Shown here one piece after another: positions 40,823-52,221 of a DNA stretch of 64,000 nt (the first letter of the stretch is position 1; every line of letters starts with the position of its first letter). Made by a program: the position numbers and the translations under genes. The stretch lies in NCBI RefSeq assembly GCF_006345805.1, contig NC_042997.1, forward strand, positions 99,696,001 through 99,760,000, in the 5' to 3' direction. The notes beneath the pieces are model-generated. The model did not search any database. It was given only the letters and a program-made list of their open reading frames with translations, and was not told the origin of the DNA. The DNA comes from Octopus sinensis (lineage: Eukaryota).

Positions 40823-41162
40823 AAGACGAAGAAGAAGAAGAAGAAGAAAAGAGAAGAAGAGAAGAAGAAGAAGAAGAAGAAGAAGAAGAAGAAGAAGAAG
40901 AGAAGAAGAAAGAAGAAGAAGAAGAAGAAGAAGAAGAAGAAGAAGAAGAAGAAGAAGAAGAGAGAAGAAGAAAGAAGAAGAAGAAGAAAGAAGAAGAAGA
41001 AGAAGACGAAGAAGAAGAAGAAGAAGAAGAAGAAGAAGAAGAAGAAGAAGAAGAAGAAGAAGAAGAAGAAGAAGAAGAAGAAGAAGAAGAAGAAGAAGAA
41101 GAAGAAGAAGAAGAAGAAGAAGAAGAAGAAGAAGAAGAAGAAGAAGAAGAAGAAGAAGAAGA
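40823..41162 (+). repeat. (GAA)n tract, ~340 bp
   Basis: Read directly from the sequence; it is the source of the poly-Arg and poly-Phe ORFs. Confidence 0.97.
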
Positions 41163-41514
41163 CTCTATATATCAGCAGCACATTTTTGGTTAGAGGCATG
41201 ACAAGGGTTTTGCTCTCATTTTTAAAATGTGGTTGGGTGGAGTCAAAACCCTGAGTTTTTCAGTTTCACATACTTGACAGTGATCACCATAGCTTTAGCA
41301 TGCTTTATTTTTTTTATTTCCTTTTATATTGGGCACATGGCCTGGTGGTTAGGGAGCTGGGTACATGGCTATTAGATTGTGGATTTGGTTCTTGGATTAG
41401 ACAGTGCATTGCATCTTTGAGTAAGCACTTCATTTCATGTTGCTTTAGCCCACTCAGATAATAATGAGTGCCAGTTAGCCTTGTGACTAAGTGGCATCCA
41501 ATTCAAGGAGCCTA

Positions 41515-41663
41515 GGACATTTACCCCACATGGACAATAACACCCCCCCCCCCCACTGGACAATTACCCCTGAGGACAACAGATGGTGATTTAAAACTTC
41601 TTAATATATTGGAAACAGGGTAATTAACCAAGGAGGGTAATTGTCATCGGCAGGTAATTGTCC
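41515..41663. mobile_element. Small TIR element with repeated GGACAATTACCC subterminal motifs
   Basis: Three GGACA(A/T)T(T/A)AC motifs on the left and three inverted GGTAATT motifs on the right. Confidence 0.55.
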
Positions 41664-41694
41664 TGATACAAATTCAAGAAATACAGTTCTATAT

Positions 41695-42100
41695 TTAAGA
41701 GATGAGGAATTATGTACATTATTTACATTCAACAGATATTTGTACTCATCTTATTTGTTGTTAACACAACATTTCGGCTGATATACCCTCCAGCCTTCTT
41801 CAGGTGTCTTGGGGAAATTTACCTTAGGAATGAGAACCTTACCTTAAGGTATGAAAATCATACCTTAGGAATGAGAACCCAAGAATATATATATGTATAC
41901 TTTATTGAAAAGCAGCAAAAATATCACAAAAACTGTTACTCAGTGTTTCATGCTCCTGTTCGACAAACAGTTTCTGTGATATTTTTGCTGCTTTTCAATA
42001 AAGCATATTACTCTACCTCTGGTATTCAAGTACTATTTTTTCCACCTTGTATTGTATTTATGCGCTTACTCCGGCATATATATTATTTATATTATTATAT
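41695..42100 (-). mobile_element. Penelope-like element terminal-repeat cassette with hammerhead and foldback
   Basis: Hammerhead at 41763-41808 and a 41-bp inverted repeat (41897-41937 / 41966-42006). The Penelope assignment is inferred from the minimal hammerhead plus the inversion. Confidence 0.55.
41763..41808 (-). ncRNA. Minimal type I hammerhead (Penelope-like element type)
   Basis: GACAC-CUGAAGA-A-GGCUG GAGGGUAUAU CAGCC-GAAA-UG-UU-GUGUU, with 5-bp stems I and II. Confidence 0.75.
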
Positions 42101-42270
42101 ATATATAGATAGACAGACAGACAAGGGTTGAAAGTTTTGTGCATTAAACTCTCAGCCCCTGAGTCACACTGTTGCTTCTGCTAAATATTAATAAAAAAAT
42201 TATATATATATACTTATGTTTTGAGTTCTATTTTTTATCTGCATCACCAAATCTCTCTCTCTCTCTCACT

Positions 42271-42323
<53 letters not shown>

Positions 42324-42813
42324 AATACATACATACACATAAATTTATACACACATATATGTATGTAATATGTACATATATATATATGCATATGTATTTA
42401 TGCATACAAACATATATATATATATATATCTGCACACACACCTATATAATGAAGAAAGGCATCAGTGCACAGCACCAGAAAAACAAAAAAACATGCCTTT
42501 AACATTTATTATTATGTATTAGAATTTCCTAATCAACTTATTAGAATATTAGAATTTTCTAATCAATTTATTTAGTCAGTTGTTTATGAGTTTATTTTAT
42601 CTTTCAGAACAAAAGGGGGAAACATTACTCCGGAAATGTTTCCAGAATACCACCAATAAGTTGATAACATAACTATTTATTTCTCAGAATGATAAGGGAA
42701 GGAAAAAAAAGTCATTGTTAATGTTATATAATGAAGAAGGAAAAAGGAACTGGAGAATGAATAGAGAAGAACAATCCAAACAAATGAATAGAATCTATTC
42801 ACAAAATTAAATA

Positions 42814-42861
<48 letters not shown>

Positions 42862-43313
42862 ATGATGATGATGATAGATTAATAAATAAATGAATAATCT
42901 TTTTATTATTCGCAAGGGCTCAAAGTGATGTAATAAAATATAATGAATGTTGAATAGGAGACTTACAATTACATGTGGAATGGGACAGACAAATTATACA
43001 TAGAGATGTGGGGAGGGTGGAAGCTGTTATACAATGACTATGGGAATGAATTTAAAAATTACAAAAGAACACAGGAGCATGGAATGAATAAAAGAAGCAC
43101 AATAATTAAAACAAGATATAATTTAGATAGAAAAATACATGGAAACATTCAGGGTTTCTTGCCTGAGAAACTACTGGTTAGGTCTCTCTAACCAGCTTGT
43201 ATTGTAACCTTGTACATTCAAATGTGCCCGCTAATATTTTCTAAGTGGAATAGGGATAAGAAACAACCCATGTCTTCAGAATACACTTGCTTAAGTTCAC
43301 TGAAATATTTGTC

Positions 43314-43356
<43 letters not shown>

Positions 43357-43758
43357 GTTTCAAATTTTGCCACAAGGGCAGCAATTTTGGGGGAGGGGAT
43401 CAGTTGATTACATCGACCCCAGTGTTTCACTAGCACTTATTTTATCGACCGTGAAAGGATGAAAGGTAAAGTCAACATCAGTACAATTTGAACTCAGAAC
43501 GTAGAGATGGACAAAATGCCACTAAGTATTTTGCTTGGCATGGTAACAATTCTGCCAGCTCACTCCCTTAAAAAATTACAACAATGATGATGATGATAAT
43601 GATGATGATTTCAAATTTTGGCACGAGGCCAGCAATTTCAGGGGAGGGGTAAGACATTTACATTGATCCCAGTACTTCACTGGTACATATTTTTATCAAC
43701 CCCAAAAGGATGAAAGGCAAAAGTCAATCTCGGTGGAATTTGAACTCAGAATGTTGTT

Positions 43759-43794
<36 letters not shown>

Positions 43795-45895
43795 ACTCTC
43801 TATTTGCCATAAGAGCAACATAAAAGCAAAATATTAGATTGCCTTAATAATCATTAAAATTTGGTGGGATACATGTATTAACCACAAGGCGGAAAAAGCA
43901 AAATGCATTATAATGTAGAATTACATACAAACATACAGAGTAGATACCCCCAACACACACATACACACACACACACACATACACACACACATTTGTGTAT
44001 ACCAAGAATAGATTTTCTTTGAAATATAATATTCTTTATTGTTCACTTTTATCTTTTTTTATTATAGATTTTTGTTTTGCATATTTCCTTATTAGTTCTT
44101 TCAATTTGGTTTGGAACAATAAAGTTTCTATGCCCATTGAAGGTTCTAGACCCTCCCAGTCTTATCTCATGGATGAGGGGGTTATTGGTGGCATTTTTTA
44201 TTACCATTTTAATCATGCCAATAACACATGCACACATATATATCACATATGTGTGTGTGTGTGTTTATGTACGTGTGTCTGTGTTTGTGTGTTTGTATAT
44301 ACTTATATATATCGAGAGAGAGAGAGAGAGAGAGATGTATGCTTGTATGTGTATGTATATATATAAGAAAGAAAGAAAGAAAGACAGAAAAAAAGAAACA
44401 TATAAGAGTGTATGTTTGTGTGACTGTAGCTACATACTTATGTATATGTGTATGTATGCATGTATGTGTATGTATATATAAAAGAAAATGAAAGAAAAAT
44501 GAAAAGAATGAATGAGCGAAAGAAAGAAAGAATGAATGAATGAATGAAGTAAAGAAAGAATGAATGATAGAAAGAAAGAAAGAAAAGAAAGATAGAAAAA
44601 AGAAAGAAAGAAAGAAAAAAAGAAAGAAAGAAAGGAAAGGAAAGGAAGGAGGGAAGAAGGAAGGAAGGAAAACAGACAGACACTGAGTATTGTCCTTTTG
44701 TCATTTCTGCTTGCCCACAGCCCTAAGACTAAAAATATAAGGAAGCAGGAAGGGATGAACCCAACAGGAGTGGGGGGGGGGGACAGAATGCAATGATGGC
44801 AGATAAAAAAAAAACTGGAATCAATGAAGGCAAAGAAAGCTGGGTTATTGTATGAACAGCAGAGGCTGTCAAAAGACAAAATATTAGATGAGAATATGTT
44901 ATTATAAAAAAAACCCTCAAGTCTAAATAGCTGGATGCCATAAACAGGGCTCTTCAAGTGGAGATAAGAAACCAGCAAGCAACTGATAGTATTTTAACAG
45001 ACTTAGGCAGTTCTGTTAGGCAGGCCTGGAAGTCAGAAAATTGGGAGGGGCAAAGATTTGATAGATTAACTTGGAACAAAAGCTCAACTGGAGCATCTGC
45101 CAAGCATGCACAAGAGAATAGTTGCTTGACAATTTATGTGTGTGTCTGTGTATGTGACTGTGTTTGTGTGGTTAAGTGTGAATTGCATAGCATGAGTATG
45201 TATTTGTGTTTATAAAAACTGCAGCGCAAATAAACAGAAAATACACTGTGTATATGTGTATGTGAGTGCATGTGCACACATGTACATGTGTCTTGTGTAC
45301 GAGTAGGTTTATGTTTGTTTATTTTATAAGTTACTTAGGGAAAAAGGTCATACTCATAAGTTTCGTAGGCCCTCCCAGCTTGGTTGGTGAGACTGATGCT
45401 GCTGATGCCCAGCTGAGACATATACAGGTCAATGCTTGTAGGTAAGAGTGGATGGAGAGGGAACTAGAGATCTGCTACAAATACTTGCAACAAACTGAAA
45501 TTCCCCATAAAGGTGTCCAGGTGGTGTTAAAGTGGGTGGCATCAGTATATGTATATAGAGAGATTGTATTCAGTACATATACATATTCATTCTCACCCTA
45601 TTCCCCAAACCCACACAATGTCATAGTGATGATTCTTTGAATGCCACATCCAAATGACACACTTACTTCATCTTGTATATATACTCTTTCTTAATAGCCC
45701 CCTCATTTCTTTAGCTATTAAGTTTTACTTCATCAAAATCTCTATTTGCTATCCTGTTTATTTATAATTCAACATTTATGATGGAATGTCATAACTTACT
45801 TTCTAGTTATTGTATTATACCCCAAGTAGTAAGCAAACCTCTCCATTTGCTCATTACTATTCTTTATGTTTTACACCACACCCACATATATATAT

Positions 45896-45964
45896 GAACC
45901 TATGCTCTTTCACAGAAAGAAACACAGAAAGAAACAAAGAGAGAAATTAATGAATGTGTAGTGG

Positions 45965-46007
<43 letters not shown>

Positions 46008-46470
46008 ATATAATAAATATTAGGGAATAAATCCAAATTTACAGGGAAAAAATCAGATTTAGGATTAAATCCAATTTTATAGTAAAATATTATATAATAT
46101 TATTAGAGACAAAACCACTATTTTGCAAAACAAACAAGGAAAGAACTGACTTAATCAATACATAAAATTTTAATAAAAAGTTTTATTAAAATTTTATGTA
46201 TTGATTAAGTCTTTCCTTGTTTGTTTTGCAAAATAGTGGTTTTGTCTCTAATAATATTATATATATATATATATATAGCCACTACACATTCTTTATTTTC
46301 TCTCCTTGTTTCTTACTACTGTGTTTCTTTCTTTGGAAGAGCATAGGCTCGAAATGTTAAAGACTTTTTCACTTCCTGAGCGTTATACTAATACACCTGC
46401 TTATTGTCTACACCACCCGTCTTTGCCTTTTGTTTTTTTGTGAATTCTCGCTATATATATATACATACAT
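45896..46470. repeat. Nested palindrome with hammerhead-bearing arms (Penelope-like)
   Basis: Inner ~85-bp arms span 46091-46265 with a 2-nt spacer; the outer arms are 45896-45966 / 46277-46350. Confidence 0.75.
46326..46363 (+). ncRNA. Degenerate minimal hammerhead
   Basis: UCUUU-cuuugga-A-GAGC AUAG GCUC-GAAA-UG-UU-AAAGA. Stems are intact and the core is mutated; a truncated inverted copy lies at about 45896-45920. Confidence 0.55.
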
Positions 46471-46504
46471 ACATACATACATTATTAATTTTTGTATAGC
46501 AATG

Positions 46505-46716
46505 TTCAATGTTGTAACCCCATGCAGGAAAGAAGACAGCACTGGTATGGACACATTTGATGTGCGTGGATAAAAGCAGCTGTGTTAAGAACTGACAGTC
46601 ACTAAATGTAGCTGGAATTTATGAAAGAGGGAAACTCAGGAAGACATGGGACAAAGTGATTAAGGCTGACCTGAGGACCCTTTGTCTGGCAGATGACATG
46701 ACAAAAGACCAGGATA
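46505..46716 (+). mobile_element. RTE LINE 3' fragment
   Basis: QERRQHWYGH...RGKLRKTWDKVIKADLRTL; it is cut off at the AT-rich island. Confidence 0.7.
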
Positions 46717-48208
46717 TGCGCCCTCTACATTTATTCGTAAGACTTTACTTAGCCAAAGAGATATATAGATCGTTAACAGTTATACGAGTTTTTTAAAGTT
46801 AGGTTTCATGTATATACATGTATTGATAGCATAAATTTTAGTCTTTAATAACTATATTTGTTGATAGTTATTTTAAATATTTTATAATTGTTATTATAAC
46901 TTATATATTTCTTTTTTCAGTTGATAATTGGTAGTAGTATTTTTTCCATTGATAAATATATTAGTAGTATTTATTGGATACTATATAACTACAGATTGAT
47001 TATTTCATTAAGTATTTTATTATTTCATTTTAGTTCTTAACTATACAGTTTTTGTAAGTTATTAATTAGCCAACGAGATATATGGTTTGTTAATTAGTTA
47101 TAGAGTTCTTTTAAGATAGTTTGTTTGTTTGTTTACAATTAGCTTTTTCATCTTTAATCTTTTAATATATTTATAAGTAATAATGAATAATTAATTTATT
47201 AGGTCTTTATTATACGTGCATATATATTTATTGATAGAGATAATTTTAGATCTTAATTCTTATTTTTATATTTATATATATTCATTGACAATTTAGTTAT
47301 TATTCAAATATTATATAATTATTTGACTTGAAATTAAATTTAATAATATGAATAGTGATTTTTTTTGTTTGTTAAATATCTAGGTAATTAGATTTTGACT
47401 ATAGCTGAGATTAGATTATTTGTGGGTTTATTATGTTTTTTTAAAGCCATGTTATATTTGAATAGATAAATACATTTTCTATCTATTCTTACTTTAAAAA
47501 TTAATACTTAAAAATTAATATTTAATATAATAATCAATTGTATGACATAATCTTAATCGTTAAAGTTTCTAGTTTGATAATAATTTTTTATAAGAAAAAT
47601 TATTATTTTATTTATTTATTAATAAAATATTGTTTAAATATATTTGATTATTTATTTAAATGTTATCATTAACCTGAAGATTGATTATAACCATAAATCG
47701 AATTATTAATTGAATTTAAATTATTGTTATTCGAATTGGGTTATGGGCATGAAACGATCGTAGTGGTTTTACTTTTTATCTTATATTAAACTTTTTAATA
47801 CTTTTTGATAGTTATATATATTTTTTAAAAAAATAAATAAATAAATATATAATTTAAAGAATTTAAAATAAAAATAAAAAATAAAAATAAAAATAATAAT
47901 AAAAATAAAAATAATAAAATATATACATATATATAAATTTATAAGTATAAATTAATAATTCAAAAAAAATTTTTAATTTTAACTTTAAATTTAGATAATT
48001 TAGATTTTGAATTTTATATTTTATATATTTTATATATTATATTAATTAATTTTATTTCTATGTTTTGGTTTATGTTTTTCACTGTTTGATTTGCCTAATA
48101 GTGGTTTTATCTCTAATTTAATATATATATATATTTATACTGTAAAATTAGATTTAATCCTAAATCTAATTTTTTTCCTGTAAGTTTGGATTTACTCCCT
48201 AATATTAT

Positions 48209-48210
<2 letters not shown>
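46717..48210 (-). mobile_element. Extremely AT-rich island, possible eroded Penelope-like element
   Basis: About 18% GC by hand count over 46741-47760. Its right end (48085-48210) is an inverted copy of 46005-46130. There is no intact ORF. Confidence 0.4.
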
Positions 48211-48251
<41 letters not shown>

Positions 48252-49059
48252 AGAAAATACAGAGTACAGAATAAAGAATACAAAATACACCCACACCCAT
48301 AGGAACTTATGTTATTCCAGACCTTCATTATCATCATCATCATCATTTAACATCTGCTTTCCATGCTAGCATGGGTTGGATGGTTTGACTGAGGACTGGC
48401 AAGTCAGGAGACTGCACCAGGCTCTAATCTGATCTGGCAAGGTTTCTACAGCTTTGAGAATGTAGTGGGGGATTTTTATATTCCACGAGCATGGGGGCCA
48501 GTCAGGCAGCACTGGCAACAACCACACTCGAATGGTACTTTTTACATTTCACCAGCATGGGAGCCAGTCAGGCAGCGCTGGCAATGACCATGCTCGAATG
48601 GTGGTTTTTATGTGCCACCAGCACAGGACTAGTCAGGCGTGCCACCAGCACAGGACCAGTCAGGCAACCACAGGCATGGGACCAGGGGTTTTTATTATAT
48701 ATAATTATGATTATGACATAAGCCATGGTACTCTCGAAACAGCTGTCAAGACAGGACTTTTACATAGCTCTTTTTGTTTATTTTGTATTCTTTATTCCAT
48801 TCTTTATTCTGTACTCCAAATTTTTTATTCAAAGTAAATATATGCTTTAAACCTACTTGTGTTCATCTTCTTTTCTACTTATATATACATATAAGCTATA
48901 AAATGCGAAAAAATTGAGAAGCTGAAAAAAATAATCCCTGCACAAGAAAGAAATATTTAAAAATGAAAATGAAACAAAAATTCAAACAACCTAAAACACC
49001 TAAAAATATCTATAAAAAAAAACAGAATGCAAAATGCTTGATATTTCATTGAAACCTAC

Positions 49060-49241
49060 CTTCATAAGGGTGCACACCAAATTCTTCAGGAAATGTTACA
49101 GAGCAATCGGAGTTGACTTGAAATGAAAACGAAGCAACAGTTTTGATGAGCGAGGAAAAGAAGTCAGCCATTTCAGGACAGTTGTTGAAAAGAATGTAAC
49201 GATCTTGACGGTTAGTAAAATATGTTTCACTAAGGTTGGCA
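49060..49241 (-). CDS. PGS1: PGS1 internal coding exon (CDP-diacylglycerol--glycerol-3-phosphate 3-phosphatidyltransferase, mitochondrial)
   Basis: Not in the ORF track. The reverse complement is ttttttgtag|T GCC AAC ... CCT TAT GAA G|gtaggt (182 bp, phase 2 to phase 1). It encodes (G)ANLSETYFTNRQDRYILFNNCPEMADFFSSLIKTVASFSFQVNSDCSVTFPEEFGVHPYE, matching the PGS1 motif GANLSDSYFTNRQDRY...HPY. Confidence 0.95.
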
Positions 49242-49631
49242 CTACAAAAAAAAAAATAGTCAAAGAAGAAAAAACAAAGTTTTAATGAGAAATTTTTTTA
49301 AGGCCATTAAGACAATTTTGAAGTCAATGATCAAAATGTTGACAACACAAATAATTCCCAAACTGTTAATTTCATTTATCATACATTTAACACAAGACCT
49401 ATGTTCTATAGATATATAAAGAAGATTGGGGAAGACATGGAGAAAAGTGCTGAAAACTGAAGCTTGAGAAGAAGAAGACAAAAGACAACAAGTGATATTA
49501 TCATTTCTGCTGAGTTCAACTTTTGCTTTACGTCCTTACAAGGTTGTTAAAATAAAGTACTAATTAAGAACTGGGGTTGATGGTATCAACTAATCCCTTC
49601 TAAAAATTGTTGGCTATTTGCCTAAATCAGC

Positions 49632-49706
<75 letters not shown>

Positions 49707-49920
49707 GGTGGTGAGCTGGCAGAATTGTTAATACACCAGACAAAATGCTTAGCAGTATTTCACCCATCGCTACATTCTGAGTTCGAATTCTGCCAGGGTT
49801 GACTTTGCCTTTCATCCTTTTGGGGCCAATTAAATAAGTACCAGTGAAACACCACTGGGGTCAATGTGATCAACTAGTCCCTTCCCCCAAATTTCAGGCC
49901 TAGTGCGTATTGTAGAAAAG

Positions 49921-49970
<50 letters not shown>

Positions 49971-51687
49971 AATGACATATTTCCTCTGAGCTTAGATAGA
50001 ACACAGAACCTCATAATCATCATCATCATTTTTTAATGTCTGCCTTCCATGCTTGCATAGTGTGGGCAGTTTGATAGAATCTAACAAGTCTGAAGACGGC
50101 GCTGTGTCCTAATATCTGCTTTGGCTTTCTACAGCTGGACTTCTACAGCTGGATGCCTGGCCTAACATTGACCACTTTTTTGGCTGCTCTTTTATGGCAT
50201 CAGCACTAATGAATACAGAGTGGGGCTATGGTACAGAGGGAGGCAGCTTTATGCTAGGTAATGAAAGTTAGAGTATGAAGGATGGAGTTTCTTGCTGTGG
50301 AGGAGATGTGTGGCTGTTCACAGTATACAACAATGAATAGGAGTAATTATTGTGGAAAAAGACAATTATTTTAACATTCATTCAATATGTTATAAATGTT
50401 CTTATACTAGGACAGTGTCCTATTAGTTAAGAAGAGGACTCAAAAAGATGATGAGAGCCTAGACTAGTCAAAGTATACCCTAAAGCACAAATGATGAAAT
50501 CAATGGCCCTAAATAGTCCTAATACTTCCAATTATCTCACACAATTAAACATTTAGGGTATATCTTTACACAGTCTATCCAATCTATTTTAAAATCCCAG
50601 CCAACTGAATTTATTCCATTATAACCAACATTTTTGAAAACTTTTCTAAGATAACTATGACTGTAGATTTCAAACTTGGAACTTAAAATTTTCATGAGTT
50701 GGTCTAGTAAAGACGAAACTAACATTACTTCAAATAAACCAAATAGCAGAAGAGAAGGGTAAGTTGAGAGGTTCAGTGGATGTGAAGTTGAGATGTTAGA
50801 TTACTCAAGACCACCATAGTATAGTTCTTACATGCCTCTTGAGAACCTGCCAGTGGATAGCCTAAGTAAGCTTTATTTCATGTTCGAACAGTTAGCCAAG
50901 GAAAGGGGCATCATGTGGTATAAACAACTGTCAAAATTTTTAAAACTCATCATTCCATGTCATTTATCTTTTCCTTGTTACAGTGACTGGACTGAGGCCA
51001 TATTGGGGCACTGCCTTGAAGGGTTTAGCTGAACAAATTGACCCTAGTACTTACTTTTAAGCTTATTCTACTATTCTCTCTTGCCAAACCGCTAAGTAAA
51101 AGAGAATAATAGACAAAACAACACTGCTTGTCAAGCAATGGTGATGGGATAAATACAGACACAAACACATATATGAGAGGCTTCCACACAGTTTCTGCAT
51201 ACCAAATCCACTCAGAATTATTATTATTATTGTTATTATTATTATTATTACTATTAAGGCAGCAAGCTTTTTAGAGCACCAGACAAAATGCTTCGCAACA
51301 TTTTTTCTGACTTTATATATTTCTTTACTGTCCTCAGGGAGTTAAACATAGCAGGAACAAACAAAGGGATTAAGTTGATCCCAGTGCATGACTGGTACTT
51401 ATTTAATCAACCCCAAAAGGATGAAAGGAAAAGTCGAGCTCAGTGGAATTTGAACTCAGAACATAATGGCAGATGAAATACGGCTAAGCATTTCGCCCGG
51501 CATGCTAACGATTCTGAGTTTAAATGCCACCAGGGTTGACTTCACCTTTCACCCTTTCATGGTTGATAAAATAAGTACCAGCTGAATACTGGGGTTGATG
51601 TAATCAACTTACCTCCTCCCCCACCCCAAAATTTTCTGGCCTTGTGCCTATAGTAGAAAGGATTATCATTATCATAATTATTATTAT

Positions 51688-51925
51688 GGACATTGCACAG
51701 TATACAACATTGAGAGGTTGTTGATTGAAGATATTGTGTCTACAGGGGGTTTGCATTGTTTGTCAAGTCACAACAAGGACCTCAGATAGACAGTACTTTA
51801 TGCAATATGCATGGAGCTCCAAGTAATGCCAACTTTTGCAATACATCTATATTCTAGGGCATTTCTAAGGTTTTCAGATATTTTTTCAGACTGGGTGGTA
51901 TTGAACCCAATGCTCCGATGACAAG
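51688..51925 (-). mobile_element. 3' end of a second R4/Dong-like LINE
   Basis: LVIGALGSIPPSLKKYLKTLEMP*NIDVLQKLALLGAPCILHKVLSI*, then a short UTR and a TAA-type tail. Confidence 0.75.
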
Positions 51926-52136
51926 CAGTGAGCTGGAGAATTGTTAGCATGTCAGGCAAAATGTTTAATGGCATTTCATCCGTCTTCATGTTCTAAGTTC
52001 AAATTCCATCAAGGTCGTCTTTGTCTTTCATCTTTTGGGGGTTGATAAAATAAGTACCAATTGAATACTGGAGTTGTTGTAATTGACTTATCCCCTCCCC
52101 TGCAAAATTTTGGGCCTTGTGCCTATAGTAGAAAGG

Positions 52137-52221
<85 letters not shown>

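Noticed and set aside
40711-41201. Poly-Arg and poly-Phe ORFs
   Set aside because: They are translations of the (GAA)n tract.
46717-48080. NUMT interpretation of the AT island
   Set aside because: No mitochondrial rRNA, tRNA or protein motif was recognised; a BLAST is still needed to exclude it.
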